DNA from: a virus
Direction: 5' to 3' (one strand)
DNA: 64,000 bases
IMG/VR virus record: IMGVR_UViG_3300023176_006361
Location: 12,812 to 76,811 of that record
Below the pieces are notes generated by a model, which searched no databases, had not been told where the DNA came from, and saw only the letters and a program-made list of their open reading frames with translations. Both the position numbers and the translations under genes were made by a program. Within the stretch, counting starts at the first letter, position 1. The number at the start of each line of letters is the position of its first letter. Shown here in pieces: positions 28,701 to 39,000 of the stretch.

Positions 28701-31340
28701 CAGATCATTAGACCTCAGGTTTTTTCTAGGATCAGCAGTCAAACTGGTAATTTCAAAATAAGTATTTGATGCCTTTCCGTTTACCTGTGCAATTTCGATT
28801 GCATTATAGAAGTTTTCGTCATCAAGAATTGTATCTGCAGAGAACTTGCTGTTAGCAGCACCACCAGAGATAGACTTGATGTCCTTCATGGTATAAGTTC
28901 TTACAGTGTCACCCCAAAGATCAACTTCGAGCAATGCTGCAGTACCTGTAGTCATTGTAATTGTCGCTACAGGAACACCACTGTAAACAGTTGCATTATC
29001 TGATTTGAAGTGCCATTTATTTGGGAAAATGTCCCCACTTGATTCTCCATCATCAAGTTCAACAGTCATCAGTCCACCAATTGAGTTGACATCTAACTTA
29101 TATGGAAATAATTGACCACCAACTGCTCTATCTAATCTTACAGACTCTAAGCTATTCAGATTAGGACCAATTTTCAATTCTGTTGTTGCAGTTGGATTGG
29201 CAATTTGAGAATAACCAGATCCGCCATCAAGAACTTTGATTGATTTGATAGTGCCGTTTTTGATGATTCTTGCCTGTGCTCTTCTGCCCTCATTACCATA
29301 ATCTGGATCTGTGACGATCAATTCACCATCTTTGAAGGTTCCAATAACATTTGAAAGGATAATTTCATCCCAACCCTCTGCACTAAAAGATGCTTCAACA
29401 ATACCTGTTGCACCAGAAGATGAACCTGTAATCTTTGCACCATAAGTTTTTACACCACTGGCATAAGCACCAACAGTTACATTACTATGTACTTTCAAAG
29501 ATGTGAATGTTGTAGTATCAAAAATGCCAAGTCTAAAGATTGAATCACGATTATCTTTACCAGAAATCAGACCATTACCATCTGTAGTAGTAGAAATCGA
29601 TGTCAAATATTTTGGATGAGCACAACCGATAGGAACAGAAGAAAGTTCATCTACACGTCTTACAATTGCTCTATCAGTTCCACTAGAAACATTTGATGTA
29701 TTTACATCTTGTACAGTGGTGCCACTTTGAATAAAATCCCCTGGAGTCAGGGAAACTAGCATGGTATAAACATGACGAGCATTAGATCCTGATGTGATAC
29801 CATTTTGTGCGGTTCCTGCAGCAGCATCTGCTCCTCTAAGAATAGATCCTTCAACAATATTTCCAGTTTTATCTGCAGGTTGTTGATTGCTGGTTGCCAT
29901 ACCACCAATCAAAGAATCTGTCCAATCAAAAGTTGCTTGTGCGTCTAAATTCTCAATTTCAATAAGATAATAACGCAGTGGAGCAGAACCTCTACCACCT
30001 TGGGTCAAACCTAAGTAAGAGTCTGTAAATCTTCCATAAAATTTGAGTTGTGATAGTGCTTCTGTGCTAATAGATCCAGAAACAATGTTATCAAGATCAG
30101 TTGAACCAAAAACGTTTTGAACATTCAAGAATGCACCTTGAGGTACAGAAATACTTGCTCTTTCTCTGGTCAGGGTCTCTCTTGCTCTATCAAAAGTTTT
30201 GAATTTTGTACCAGTGCTTTCAATTTCATATCCACGAACATATGCCTTACCTGGAGAAATTGCTGCAACAATGGAATCTTTTGAATCATCGAAAGAAAGA
30301 CCATTATATGTGCCGTCATTACCTAGAGGATAAACTCCATTGTTTTCTCCATCATCATCATGGTTTTTGATTTCTAAACCATAATTTCTTACAATGTAGT
30401 CTCCAGACTCATCATAAGTTCTTCTTGCAAGAATCTCTTCAATATCAGACCAGGATTTCTTCTCTACCTTTCTCTCAATGATTCCATCTCTAATTCTGAG
30501 AAGTTCAATGAAGTTGTTCTCAACAGCAGCATCAATCAATCTAGATGCCAGAGTGAGTGTAATCTTGAGACGATGAGCACCAGGAGCAGCATAGTTGCTG
30601 AAACCAGCAGCGTTATCATTCAGAGAATTATCTTCATCTGGAGTAATAAGCTCTTCCTGTACGAGGAAACCAACTCTACAAGTTGGAGTAGTTGAATACT
30701 TATCAACAATAAGTGTTTGAGCAGCATTACGTACAAAATGCCCATTGACGTAATAAATACCTTCTTGAATAAAGACAGCAGAACCATTCCCCGTTGCGGT
30801 ATTCTGTGTCAGTTCCAGAGTGGTGGCAGAACCAAATGGTTTATAAACAGTTGGTCTTGCAGAACCTGTAATTCCTACGACGGCAGTTGGAGAACCAACA
30901 ATATCAGAAGAAAGAATTTCACCTTCTTGGAATCTTCTATTTGTTGTAGCAGTACCACTGCTTTCATATCTTACAAAAAATGTTGCAGAATCTGCTGAGG
31001 TTTCCTCAGTAGCATTCAATACTTTCGCTACAACACCAGTAGTTTCGCCAGTCAGAGTAGCACCCAAAAATTGTGAGAGGGTGAAACCCTGAGAAAAACT
31101 AGAAATTTTTACATATGCATAGCTATTGTTGAAAGATACCTCTCCAGGGACCACCATGGATCCCTCTTTCATGAGGTATTTTCCAACACTTTCAACTTGA
31201 TTTTGAAGAACTGACTGTAATGTCGTCAGTTCTCTTGATTGAATTGAATATCCTGGTCTAAAAAGAACTCTGTAAAAATCCTTATTAGAATCAAAATCGT
31301 CGTAGTAAGGAGTTACATTTAGATTCGTACTCTGTGGCAT
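22704..31340 (-). CDS. VrlC-like / DUF4815 large virion structural protein
   Basis: 2878 aa; MPQSTNLNVTPYYDDFD..FYRVLFRPGYSIQSRELTTLQS; LARRTYDESGDY; PGKAYVRGYE; RFKSGIVVDNF; DPVAQTF; located after gp8. Confidence 0.85.
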   Translation of the reverse strand: MPQSTNLNVTPYYDDFDSNKDFYRVLFRPGYSIQSRELTTLQSVLQNQVESVGKYLMKEGSMVVPGEVSFNNSYAYVKISSFSQGFTLSQFLGATLTGETTGVVAKVLNATEETSADSATFFVRYESSGTATTNRRFQEGEILSSDIVGSPTAVVGITGSARPTVYKPFGSATTLELTQNTATGNGSAVFIQEGIYYVNGHFVRNAAQTLIVDKYSTTPTCRVGFLVQEELITPDEDNSLNDNAAGFSNYAAPGAHRLKITLTLASRLIDAAVENNFIELLRIRDGIIERKVEKKSWSDIEEILARRTYDESGDYIVRNYGLEIKNHDDDGENNGVYPLGNDGTYNGLSFDDSKDSIVAAISPGKAYVRGYEIESTGTKFKTFDRARETLTRERASISVPQGAFLNVQNVFGSTDLDNIVSGSISTEALSQLKFYGRFTDSYLGLTQGGRGSAPLRYYLIEIENLDAQATFDWTDSLIGGMATSNQQPADKTGNIVEGSILRGADAAAGTAQNGITSGSNARHVYTMLVSLTPGDFIQSGTTVQDVNTSNVSSGTDRAIVRRVDELSSVPIGCAHPKYLTSISTTTDGNGLISGKDNRDSIFRLGIFDTTTFTSLKVHSNVTVGAYASGVKTYGAKITGSSSGATGIVEASFSAEGWDEIILSNVIGTFKDGELIVTDPDYGNEGRRAQARIIKNGTIKSIKVLDGGSGYSQIANPTATTELKIGPNLNSLESVRLDRAVGGQLFPYKLDVNSIGGLMTVELDDGESSGDIFPNKWHFKSDNATVYSGVPVATITMTTGTAALLEVDLWGDTVRTYTMKDIKSISGGAANSKFSADTILDDENFYNAIEIAQVNGKASNTYFEITSLTADPRKNLRSNDLIKVVSDAGVERRYSVKYVQRRGTLLTNTSRVYVYGSIVDDVTNAQLFKIEARVGGADKNTLVLKTPDSVVKTTAKDKTETGFNFKTLKQFISTIGSGSLTFTLSGENRDFDGFSNRYTAVVADAGTSSGLSVGDIIDLSLYENQRTLATGGTNGQIVFSGLPSTFNGAVIKLTAPIFIRNARPRTKILKNAQLAVSTYNKKEIINLGKVDGFKLNAVYMSADPDASALVTDIDIKERFIFDNGQRDNVYDIARLIRKKGSEEPSGQLLVDFTYFDHSSNDGEFFSVDSYLNANNITLLYDDIPVFYSEKSGAIQLRDAIDFRPSADIGAGTSTTGYVAGAEDKGELGALRFTTVDTFVPVPGDSFELTYDFYLPRKDSVYLTRRGVFEVVQGVPSILPEYPQALEESIRLFDLDVPAYTFDPSEVSIKVYNYKRYTMKDIRKLEDRIERMEYYTTLSLLEQDTLNTSIKDAVTGLDRFKSGIVVDNFSGHNVGDTFSTEYKCAIDMQSQQLRPQHFTNQVSLREQVTDDASRSAKGYKKAGSLITLDYTEQEFIKNPFATETINLNPFLVFQYKGSLTLDPPFDEWKDTERRPNLVVNDNNLFDTIQNMADENGVLGTVWNEWQTSWSGQQELARDTSSTGNLMPWMRDFQRNLPDNLRIRNPNGSGRTRDLLVAGVTVNTTTSVLGRTRTRTRQGTQNRLAGSNVVQQSFGDRVVGMAFQPNMRARVVRFTSTALKPNTRLYAFFEGIDVSAWVCPDNNYTGEALNSPKGFGQPIITDDNGNVSGVFIIPNGAAPLREFTTNVTNELATRGISDNELDRRRVSTSSSDSSYNFQRFTGNLDDIIYDTSSSTRTFRVGERTFRLTSSSVNSEREVDVDTFSEAEYFAMGLMETVQETIVSTRVPTITQRSVSEQDQTQFVDGVRTNQEANTNYFDPVAQTFMVEGYQDGMFLSSLEVFFQSKSENVPTRCYLTETLLGTPGKKTIPFSEVTVNPTTKLKIVSDSAVSFVAGETVIGLTSGANGTVKTNLEITGTTTTVNFSNTTYTLELSNHNGIDFQPGEVLSIQRFPEPTSIVNIARDSFQVASIEMVNTGETYTTASVTIGSPQQVGGVQATAYAKIDARLQRIVEIVVTNPGSGYTSEPSVSIEGDGAGATAISRIRGESHAVEMGVGTSDDASVGTKFKFPSPIYLENNTEYAFVVVSNSIDYNMYISRLGENEIGTTQRVSTQPYLGSLFKSQNSTLWTADQFEDVKFTLNRAKFSTTSTASVELVNDKMPFIRMGPAPFETNKLSYRGGNSIGESIYSSASAPSAYADNLFGSNPRVVRVSHKNHGMSEGDYVILKGVQGVGTGDALMNGIAISKMNSIHQILNVGIDSYDVLISKDPNSQNDQATESGRGGGVFAYATENQQFQTLQPQVSLLQFPSCNVSHTIDALKADSVDYDNPNAFSTETISVVPGRNTYLTDNYAVLSEINEIYRNDGRKSLKYNITMSTTNDAVSPVLDLDRVSLFTVSNRIDKPMPDQARFGYKVYRLYPFDNTPSLGGTAEIGGIGIGSVIQNVYKVDPNGVRNFVTGSIESASTGIIQAEVVGINQEEKYIDIRYLKIPTTSVNSASGELILQQGMRFAPPQTTASLTPYVFQVVGASTDYYLQTDPIDRGGFLYRTEEEGEMGSHSAKYQTKTVNLENPATNIDVRLTANLFANKDIQVMYRIRPTSSDKIISSQPWRYFNPKFTEKSSIRSIEITNGGAGYTTAPAVTLEPANGAEVTPVIDTNTNTLTNILVTKRGSGFLSAPRVIIDSNTGGTGNALTGNQTLTSGGAGYVQGSYSNVAAIYDPNSPTNLPSAGSGATFDITVDANGIVSSVVLNSPGVGYKDGEYLTFDPTFDGAGGGSGVQVTVANVTAAGSPTELAVAEAFIFPVDFDEETSGLADNADDIEVDDSDILDPSQEFADSFKEYKFTVEDLPEFSEFSVKIIMRLNDEKGPAYVPKIEDLRCIASA

Positions 31341-31377
31341 TGTCTATTCTTCCAGATAACGGGGGGGAATATAATAA

Positions 31378-33036
31378 TCAGAACTCGATTACAAGTTTTA
31401 CGTCTTCGATTTGGTCAGCTGCTCTGGTAATAACTCTTCTATTTTCAACGTAGATAACATCGCCAGAATACTTAGAAAATTCAGGTTCACAAAGACCATT
31501 TACAAATGTACCTTGCTGTTGAATTGTTCCCTGACTAGATCTGTTGATTGGACGATCTGCACTAGAACCAGTTCCTGCAATATTATTTACAGTACCACCG
31601 CCAGTTGCTGCAGTATAGAATGGATGAAGTGAACCATCAGCATCTCTCAGTTCAGGGTCATTTGGTGATTGAGTATATCTCAGAATTGCAAGGTTTCCTG
31701 AAGAATTGTACTCATAGTAATCAACAACTCTACCCTTCGCTACAACGTTGATCGTATCAGTTCCTCTAGTTACAGTATATGCCTGTGTGATGACTTCATC
31801 TTTTGCAAAAATTCCTGTACCAGTTGAAGTATCAATAATTGCAGCAAATGTACCACTAGCAGTATCTGATGTCAGTGCAGCAGATCCAGTAGCATCTTGG
31901 GGATCTTTCAGAACACCGATTCTTCTAAAGTCTTGGTCAACGTAGAAGTCAGTTGTTTTGTCAGCAGCAGTTGATCTGTTACCATAGATCAATCTGGTGT
32001 TGAGCATAACTCTCTTTGCACCCAGTTCTTTTGAGACATTTGAACCATGTCCATTTTGTGGGGGAATTACAATCTCAATGCTTGGTGCTGTGTAACCACT
32101 GCTTGGCAGTGTTGATGAAGGAGTACCTGCTCTCAGATTGGCAACAGAAGTGTAGTACGTAGCGCCTGGAGCAAGATCTACAGTTGCGAAAGTGTAGTTT
32201 CTACCTCTAGTTGTAATTTCAGATGCAGTTACCTCACCACTAGCGTTTGTGGTCAGTTTCAGTACAGCAAATCCGTTAGTTGCGTCATCACCATCACCTT
32301 TGACTCTGAAGTAAAGGTCTGTAGAGGCAGGAAGACCTGAACCAGAACTCTTGAGAAGTGAAACATCAAGAGCACCGTCTACAACTGAACTACCATAAGT
32401 AGTTTCTTTGACGGGAATAAAGTCTGTTGAGGTAAAGAACAGAACGTCGTTAGTTTCCAGTTTGTAAAGATACTGATATTGATACCCATCAGACAGGGTT
32501 ACAATTTGATCTGCGTTTGCCGCTGCAGCAGTAGGTGCTGTAGTACCTGTAACTGAACCAGTTGGGTTTGCAGGAGTTACGCCATTATTCAAAACCTTGA
32601 ATACCTCATAGGTATCTGGGTTCATTACATAGAACTCAGAGTCCATAAGGTTTGACGTACCAGAAGCGGTTTGGTTCGACTGGTTATAGTTTGGACGATA
32701 CATGGTAAACTTTTTACCTTGTACCCAGTTATATCTTCTGACAACCTTTCTAACGTTTGAAAACCCTACTTTCTTCAGCGATAGAATATCGTCATGGATT
32801 TCATTATAGAAATCTGTATTATCATAAGGAGGTGGAACATTGCCTTCACTCAGAGTTGGTGAAGCACTGGTTCCATAGTTGCTGTTCGCACCATACGCAG
32901 AATACCACGATTGATGCCTTCCAATGAAGAAGTAGATGTTGTTAGAGTTAGTGCCACTATTGGTTGTGTCAAACGCTTGTAAAAATTTCTCTGCGTTATG
33001 AATTCTAAACTGCTCAGTAATTAGACTGCTAGACAT
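31378..33036 (-). CDS. gp8: Baseplate wedge subunit gp8
   Basis: 552 aa; ITEQFRIHNAEKF, YFFIGR, DGYQYQYLY, PPQNGHG..ELGA..VM, C-terminal YSGDVIYVENR..ITRAADQIEDVKLVIEF; gp6-gp7-gp8 synteny. Confidence 0.9.
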   Translation of the reverse strand: MSSSLITEQFRIHNAEKFLQAFDTTNSGTNSNNIYFFIGRHQSWYSAYGANSNYGTSASPTLSEGNVPPPYDNTDFYNEIHDDILSLKKVGFSNVRKVVRRYNWVQGKKFTMYRPNYNQSNQTASGTSNLMDSEFYVMNPDTYEVFKVLNNGVTPANPTGSVTGTTAPTAAAANADQIVTLSDGYQYQYLYKLETNDVLFFTSTDFIPVKETTYGSSVVDGALDVSLLKSSGSGLPASTDLYFRVKGDGDDATNGFAVLKLTTNASGEVTASEITTRGRNYTFATVDLAPGATYYTSVANLRAGTPSSTLPSSGYTAPSIEIVIPPQNGHGSNVSKELGAKRVMLNTRLIYGNRSTAADKTTDFYVDQDFRRIGVLKDPQDATGSAALTSDTASGTFAAIIDTSTGTGIFAKDEVITQAYTVTRGTDTINVVAKGRVVDYYEYNSSGNLAILRYTQSPNDPELRDADGSLHPFYTAATGGGTVNNIAGTGSSADRPINRSSQGTIQQQGTFVNGLCEPEFSKYSGDVIYVENRRVITRAADQIEDVKLVIEF

Positions 33037-33065
33037 CGCTAAAAATGTAGGGTTTTTGCTTAGAT

Positions 33066-33079
33066 TATTTATATTTATT
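33066..33079 (-). promoter_or_regulatory. T4 late promoter, tandem AATAAATA/TATAAATA
   Basis: Intergenic between gp7 and gp8; perfect TATAAATA at 33066-33073. Confidence 0.75.
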
Positions 33080-33088
33080 CCTGGAGCA

Positions 33089-36000
33089 TTAGATGTCCAG
33101 GCGAGTTGGTCTGGTGGTTCTTAGATAATCTCCTTGTGCGTGTGCAAATGCACATGAACCAGAAAGAATGATTCTATTACCACTCCAATCAATTTCTTCA
33201 TAACCAATTGTTTCATTGCCAAATTCAACAAGACCATATACTTGAGATGCAATAGAAACCTTGACAGTGTTCGCTACATTACTTATAGGAGTTCCAGAAA
33301 GGAGATTTTGACCTGGATTCAATCTTAGAATAAATGTATCAGTGTCAATGATTCTATCAACGTATCCTTTTACAATTAGAGATCTCTCTTCATATATTTC
33401 CATATCTGGTCTCAACCAGAACGTATTACCTTCAACAATCATATAGTTGAAGCCATGAACTCCCTGAAGAGATAATGAAGTATCTCCAGGATTTGCTGCA
33501 GCAGCAAGAATGCCACCAAACTCCTTAGTAGTTGATACTGGAGTAATGTTGAATCGAATTGTTGATGATACATTATTTGGATTGTACTTAGAGTACAAGG
33601 ATGAAAAGTATCTTTCTGCAACCTGTTCAATTCTCAAATCTGAGTATGCCTTGGTCAAATCAGCAATAGACATTGTTGATTCCACATTGAACTTATTTGT
33701 TTCAAGTGCTTGGAATGTTGGATATGCACGAATTCTTCCAACAGAGATAATATTTGGTTCAGCAAGAGCAGAATCTTTTGGATAAACTGGATTTGCCTGC
33801 AGATAATCATATTCGCGTGATACATCCTCATCAATACCATCTTGATGCTCATGCTCAGTCATGATAGTGACTTCTTGACCAGCTCTGGTTACAGTAGTTG
33901 TACCTTGGAGGAAACTGGAAACTGTGAACTGTTGTGCTTCAAGAACCATGACAGTCTCAAGGACTGTATCAACACTTGTCCAGAAATTATATTGATTTCT
34001 AGTGGTTACAAGAGGATAGACACTATTGATTACCTTATACGCCCTTGTGACAACGATATCAGGAACCTGGAAATAATCACGACCCTCATAATCAACAATA
34101 CAGCGAGAAATTTGTTTGTTCTCGTCAATTTCAGCATGAGCAAGGGCAAATACACCAGTATCTGTCTCTGCTGGTTTGATTACAAGAATTGGTGCAGTAT
34201 CATAATCTAATCCAGTTGGGAATGATCCTGTGAGAGATTCAATAGAGTGGATTCTGCCATTTTCCTTAGAGGAAACAGTTACACTATTTGAACCGCCAAG
34301 ATCTGTACTAACTGTTGCACCATTTGCAATTATTCTGTCTGGCAGAATTTGGAATTCAACTTGATTATTTCCAAGATCGGAAATAACAGTACCGACAGAT
34401 TCTCCGCCAGAGAATACTAAAGTTCCAGCAGGATATGCTGTAGAATCAGAAAGAGTCATTGTAAACCTGACTCTCGCAGTAAATGATGCCTCACGACCTC
34501 TGGTAATTCCACTATAATCTGAGGTTTTGAATTGAGTTTGCTTGAGACCAACGATAGCTGTATCAATTCTAAACTTATGAATACCAGTACTTGTTCCAAG
34601 AGTAATTGCTTGCTCTGGAGGAGCACTCAGAGAATCATAGTAATTAGTGTAAAGGAATACTCCTCTATCTCTAAATGAATACCCGAGATAATATGTGTTA
34701 CCACTTGTCAAACCTGGAATGTCTGCGTTACCTTCGTTAGTATAAACCAACTTTGTACCAGAAATAAATCCAGATGTCGATTGTGTCGAATAATCTTCAA
34801 AGTAGATCTTATTTGCTTGATCAACATAGAAAAGGGAAGAACCTACATTTGAAGCATCAATAAAATAATCATTATATGTGTCAAGGTGCTCCCATTCAAT
34901 AATATCCCTATTGGTAATGTCAACCAGTTCTCTTTCAGCATTCTCACCATCAACTAAAATGCTATCATCAGGTCTAAAGTATTCTCTAATTGGATAATAT
35001 GCCTTTGGAAGAGATCTGAGACGCTTATTAGTTTGTGTACCATCATCAAGTACATAGTAAACTTCATTTCCATTATCATCATACTGAACATAAGATGGAT
35101 CGTATAGAGGAACATTATATCCCCTAAGAACTTTCTCAAGATCCTTACCATACCAATAGAATACGTGGAGTTCACTTCCCGCAAGAACTGGATTATAGAA
35201 TTCCAAAAGGGACTCATTGATTACATATGATTGTCCAAATTCTTGAATAATACCATTCACAACAACAATAATTTGAGAAGAACGATTTGGAATAATCAGA
35301 CTTCCATTAGCTCTCATAATAAAGGTTGTTGTTGGTGATGATGTGTCTGGAGTATCCAATACAGTATACTTACCATTTGAATACGCAAAGAACTGTTGAG
35401 ATTGACCCTTTCTCTCAACATAAGACTTTCCAGGATTTCTTGATAAAGTAGAAAGATATGATGGATTACTGATAACAGATGTAATTATACCAATTGAAGA
35501 CCCAATTGCAGATTCTACATTTGCACAGGAACCAACATAACTTCCAGTAGCACCATCAATAGCAATTGTATTATCAAAATACTGCGTAAGACCATGTGAA
35601 CCCTGCACAGTTACAGTTTGATTCTGCATTACTGCAATGGCAATGTCTCTTGCATGATTGAAAGTTTCAATTGATTCTGCCTCTTCACCAACAAGATGTT
35701 GGAGTGCTCCACCTGTTGCGTACAGATTTGCAGCATCCCAAGCTGGTGCATTTCCACCATAGCGAAGAACATCAACGACAGCACCGAGAACATCAACAAC
35801 ATCATCAATACAATTCTGAGAACCTCCAGGAACATTGAATCCTGGATTATTTGCAAGCATTCTCTCTACCGCTTCGTTTGCGATAAAGTTCTTATTGATT
35901 TCAATCAAGTTTGAAGCATCAAGAAATCTATCAGATTGAGTAATAGTTCCAAGAAGTTTGATCGTTGATGTTGCTGAAGATGTTGTTCCAGTAATTGTTT

Positions 36001-39000
36001 CTCCAGATTGGAAATCTCTTTCCAAAACCTCTACTTTCAAAAGACCTTTGTTTTCATAACCAATAGGAGTTCTAGAAAGAATTTTGCCTCTAGCATTACT
36101 GGTTCCACCAGTAATAATTTCATTGTCAGAATAATTCAGAATATTTGAAACATCACTGATGTTGATAATCTTACCAATTCTCTTTGGAGGAGAAGTAAAT
36201 ATAATTTCATTCGTAGTATCATTTATTGTATATGAAGAACCAGGAATTTGAATTACGCCATCAAGAAATACTAAAGCAGTTTCATTTGGTTCTAATGGAT
36301 CACTTGGAGCATAATTTGGTTGTTGTGCAGTATATTGTAAATTGAACGTTGTCTGATAGTTATCAAATTGATCAGAAATGTCAATATACTTCTTCGCGTA
36401 ATCTCTATTGTTGGCAACATCCGAGAATCCAAACATTCTACCAACAAACTTTGCAGTTTGGGTATGTCCATTGACTGGATCAACAAATTCTTTTGGTGGT
36501 TGTGCAAAAATAATTTTTTGCTGCAACTCCGTCTTAGAAAGTTGATTTTCTGGGTAGAATTTATGGTAAAGTTTTGTTCCAGTTACATATGGATATGCAG
36601 CATTTTCTTCTGGTGTTCCAACACTATAATCGTAGGTAGATGACTTGATGGTTGCAAAATAGCAATATCTACCCTCTGGGAATTCTGGAGTTACACAGAA
36701 TCTTCCATTATACTCATCAAGATCACCACTTCCAGCAGTATATTGGAAATCTGCAGTGAAATATCCAATCTTATAGATGATTGGTGTAGATACAATTTGT
36801 GCCCAAGCAGTTGGAGTCTTTATCCACATGTTCTGGGAGAATGTCCCATTTACTGAAGAGAGGAGTAGTTTTCTATTGATTGGATCATAAGAATCTACAA
36901 TTCCATTTACACCAGCAACAGTTGTATCATCAGTATCACTTGTAACCTGTGTACAGATTTGTGAGCTGGTAAAGATATCTGTTGAACCAGTGAATGAAAC
37001 AAAATTCAGTACAATAAATTCAACAGAATCTACTGGAGGACCAACTTCATCAGATTGAAGAATTGTTCCATCGGGTAAGAAGTTTCTGGTGGCGATAGTT
37101 CTTTCAGCGTAACTTGACTCAATTTTCTTGATAGAAGACACTGAGGAATACGCATTAGAATAACCATATGGTCCATAAATTGGAGTTCCATCAAATGCCC
37201 ATCCAAGAATCTTAGAGTGTGCAGTTTGATTTTCAGTATATGCTCCAGTTGTAGAGATATTATCTCCACGCTGTCTTCTCAAACCAATTGGGTTAGCAGT
37301 GTGATAATAATTACCAGTCAAACTTGATTTGCCACCATATGAATCTGTTGCTGGTGAAGATCCCGTTTCATTGACAATCCATATATTCTTATCGTTATAA
37401 CTTTCTTGTTGTTGATTATTATAAAGTAAAGTTCCGTTTGACCATAATCCAATTGCTCCAAGGGGAGTGTCTTCTTTGTCAATAGGTGCAAATGTCTCTT
37501 TTGGAATCCTTTTGATATAATCAGAGAAAACTGGATTGTTTCCAGTGTATGGTCCAAGAGTTGCTTGATATGATGGAATTCCTCTACCTTTGATGTAGAT
37601 AAATTCCTCATCAATATACGTTTCTTGAACGTCTGCTTGTCCAGATACTGTGGTAGAACCATCATTGATATCTGTTGTTGTTCCAGAGATATACCAAGAA
37701 TCAAACTCTAACTGACCAGAGTTAGATGTTGCGATTTGGAGAGACTCGATCTTCTTATCATTGATAATGGTATATGCTTTCCCAGGTTCTTGAGCAACTC
37801 CATCAAGTGTAACTAAAAGGTTGTAATCACTATATGGTTGAATTGGTGACCCTTGCTCTCTAATATCATATGTCTTATTGACATTATCAAACAGAGGAGT
37901 GATGTCATCAATAATTGCTAAGTCAATGGCAACAGTTCCTTCAGCAGAAACAACAGAACCAGCTCCTGGTTTTTCAACCATTCTGAAGAACTTATTGATG
38001 ATAAGAGTTTTCAGGTTGCCATTTTCGGCAACATTTGCAGGAGTTTCTGAGTTGATGTCAATAAACTCTTTGTAGATCTCAATTGTGATCTGTTTGTATG
38101 GGTTCTGAACATCACAGATAATCTCTGGGAAGTATGAAATGCTTGTAGGAAGCACTTTATATGCCAGTCTTTCTCTGTTATGTGCAGCATCTGCAAATCT
38201 ATCCCTAGGATGATATTCAGAGATTTGAATATACTTTCCATCAGGATCATCTTTTACTGCAATAATATGATAGATCTTGTCTTGAATAAGAACTCCAGTA
38301 ATTGTCTCGTCATTAGCATTTATTGATTCCCACTGGATTTCAAAGTCACCTTCCGCATAATATCTAAATGAGTCACCTACTTCAATGTTTTGACCATTTC
38401 TAATGTAGATATATCCATCAGAATCAACTTCAGTTCTAGAATCAAAGTTGAATCTATGCTGCAGTGGAGGACATGTTGTTGAACCACCCAGAGGGACTGT
38501 AGAGACGCTAGCAGAAGAGTCTACAATAACCTCACCAAATACCAAGAATCCTGCGGGGTGAGTGGATTCTTTGATAATTTCTCTCCATTCAGATACAGGA
38601 ATTTGTGATCTGATAACGTATGAGAAATCTTGATAGAAGTAAGAATCTTGGATCTTCTGAGAAGATGTGCTAAGTTTACCCAAATCATCAGAGAACAATC
38701 CACTGATCTGAGTAATTGAATTGACAATTGATGCGAGTGATGGAGTATTTACAGTTTTTGGTACAGACCTTGTGGCACTCAAATATCCAAACAAAGGTGC
38801 ATCTACAACAAATTCACCAACAACAGGATTGACTCTAATTGTTTGATTGATTTCATTGTAATCGATAACAATTCCTCTAGCAGTTGGAGTGTTTACATCT
38901 CCCTGATATACTCTTTCGCCCCTTTCATATTTTGTACCAATAGTTGGTTGAAAATTTCCATTGGAATCTTTACCAACATTAATCAATTGCATAGAAACTG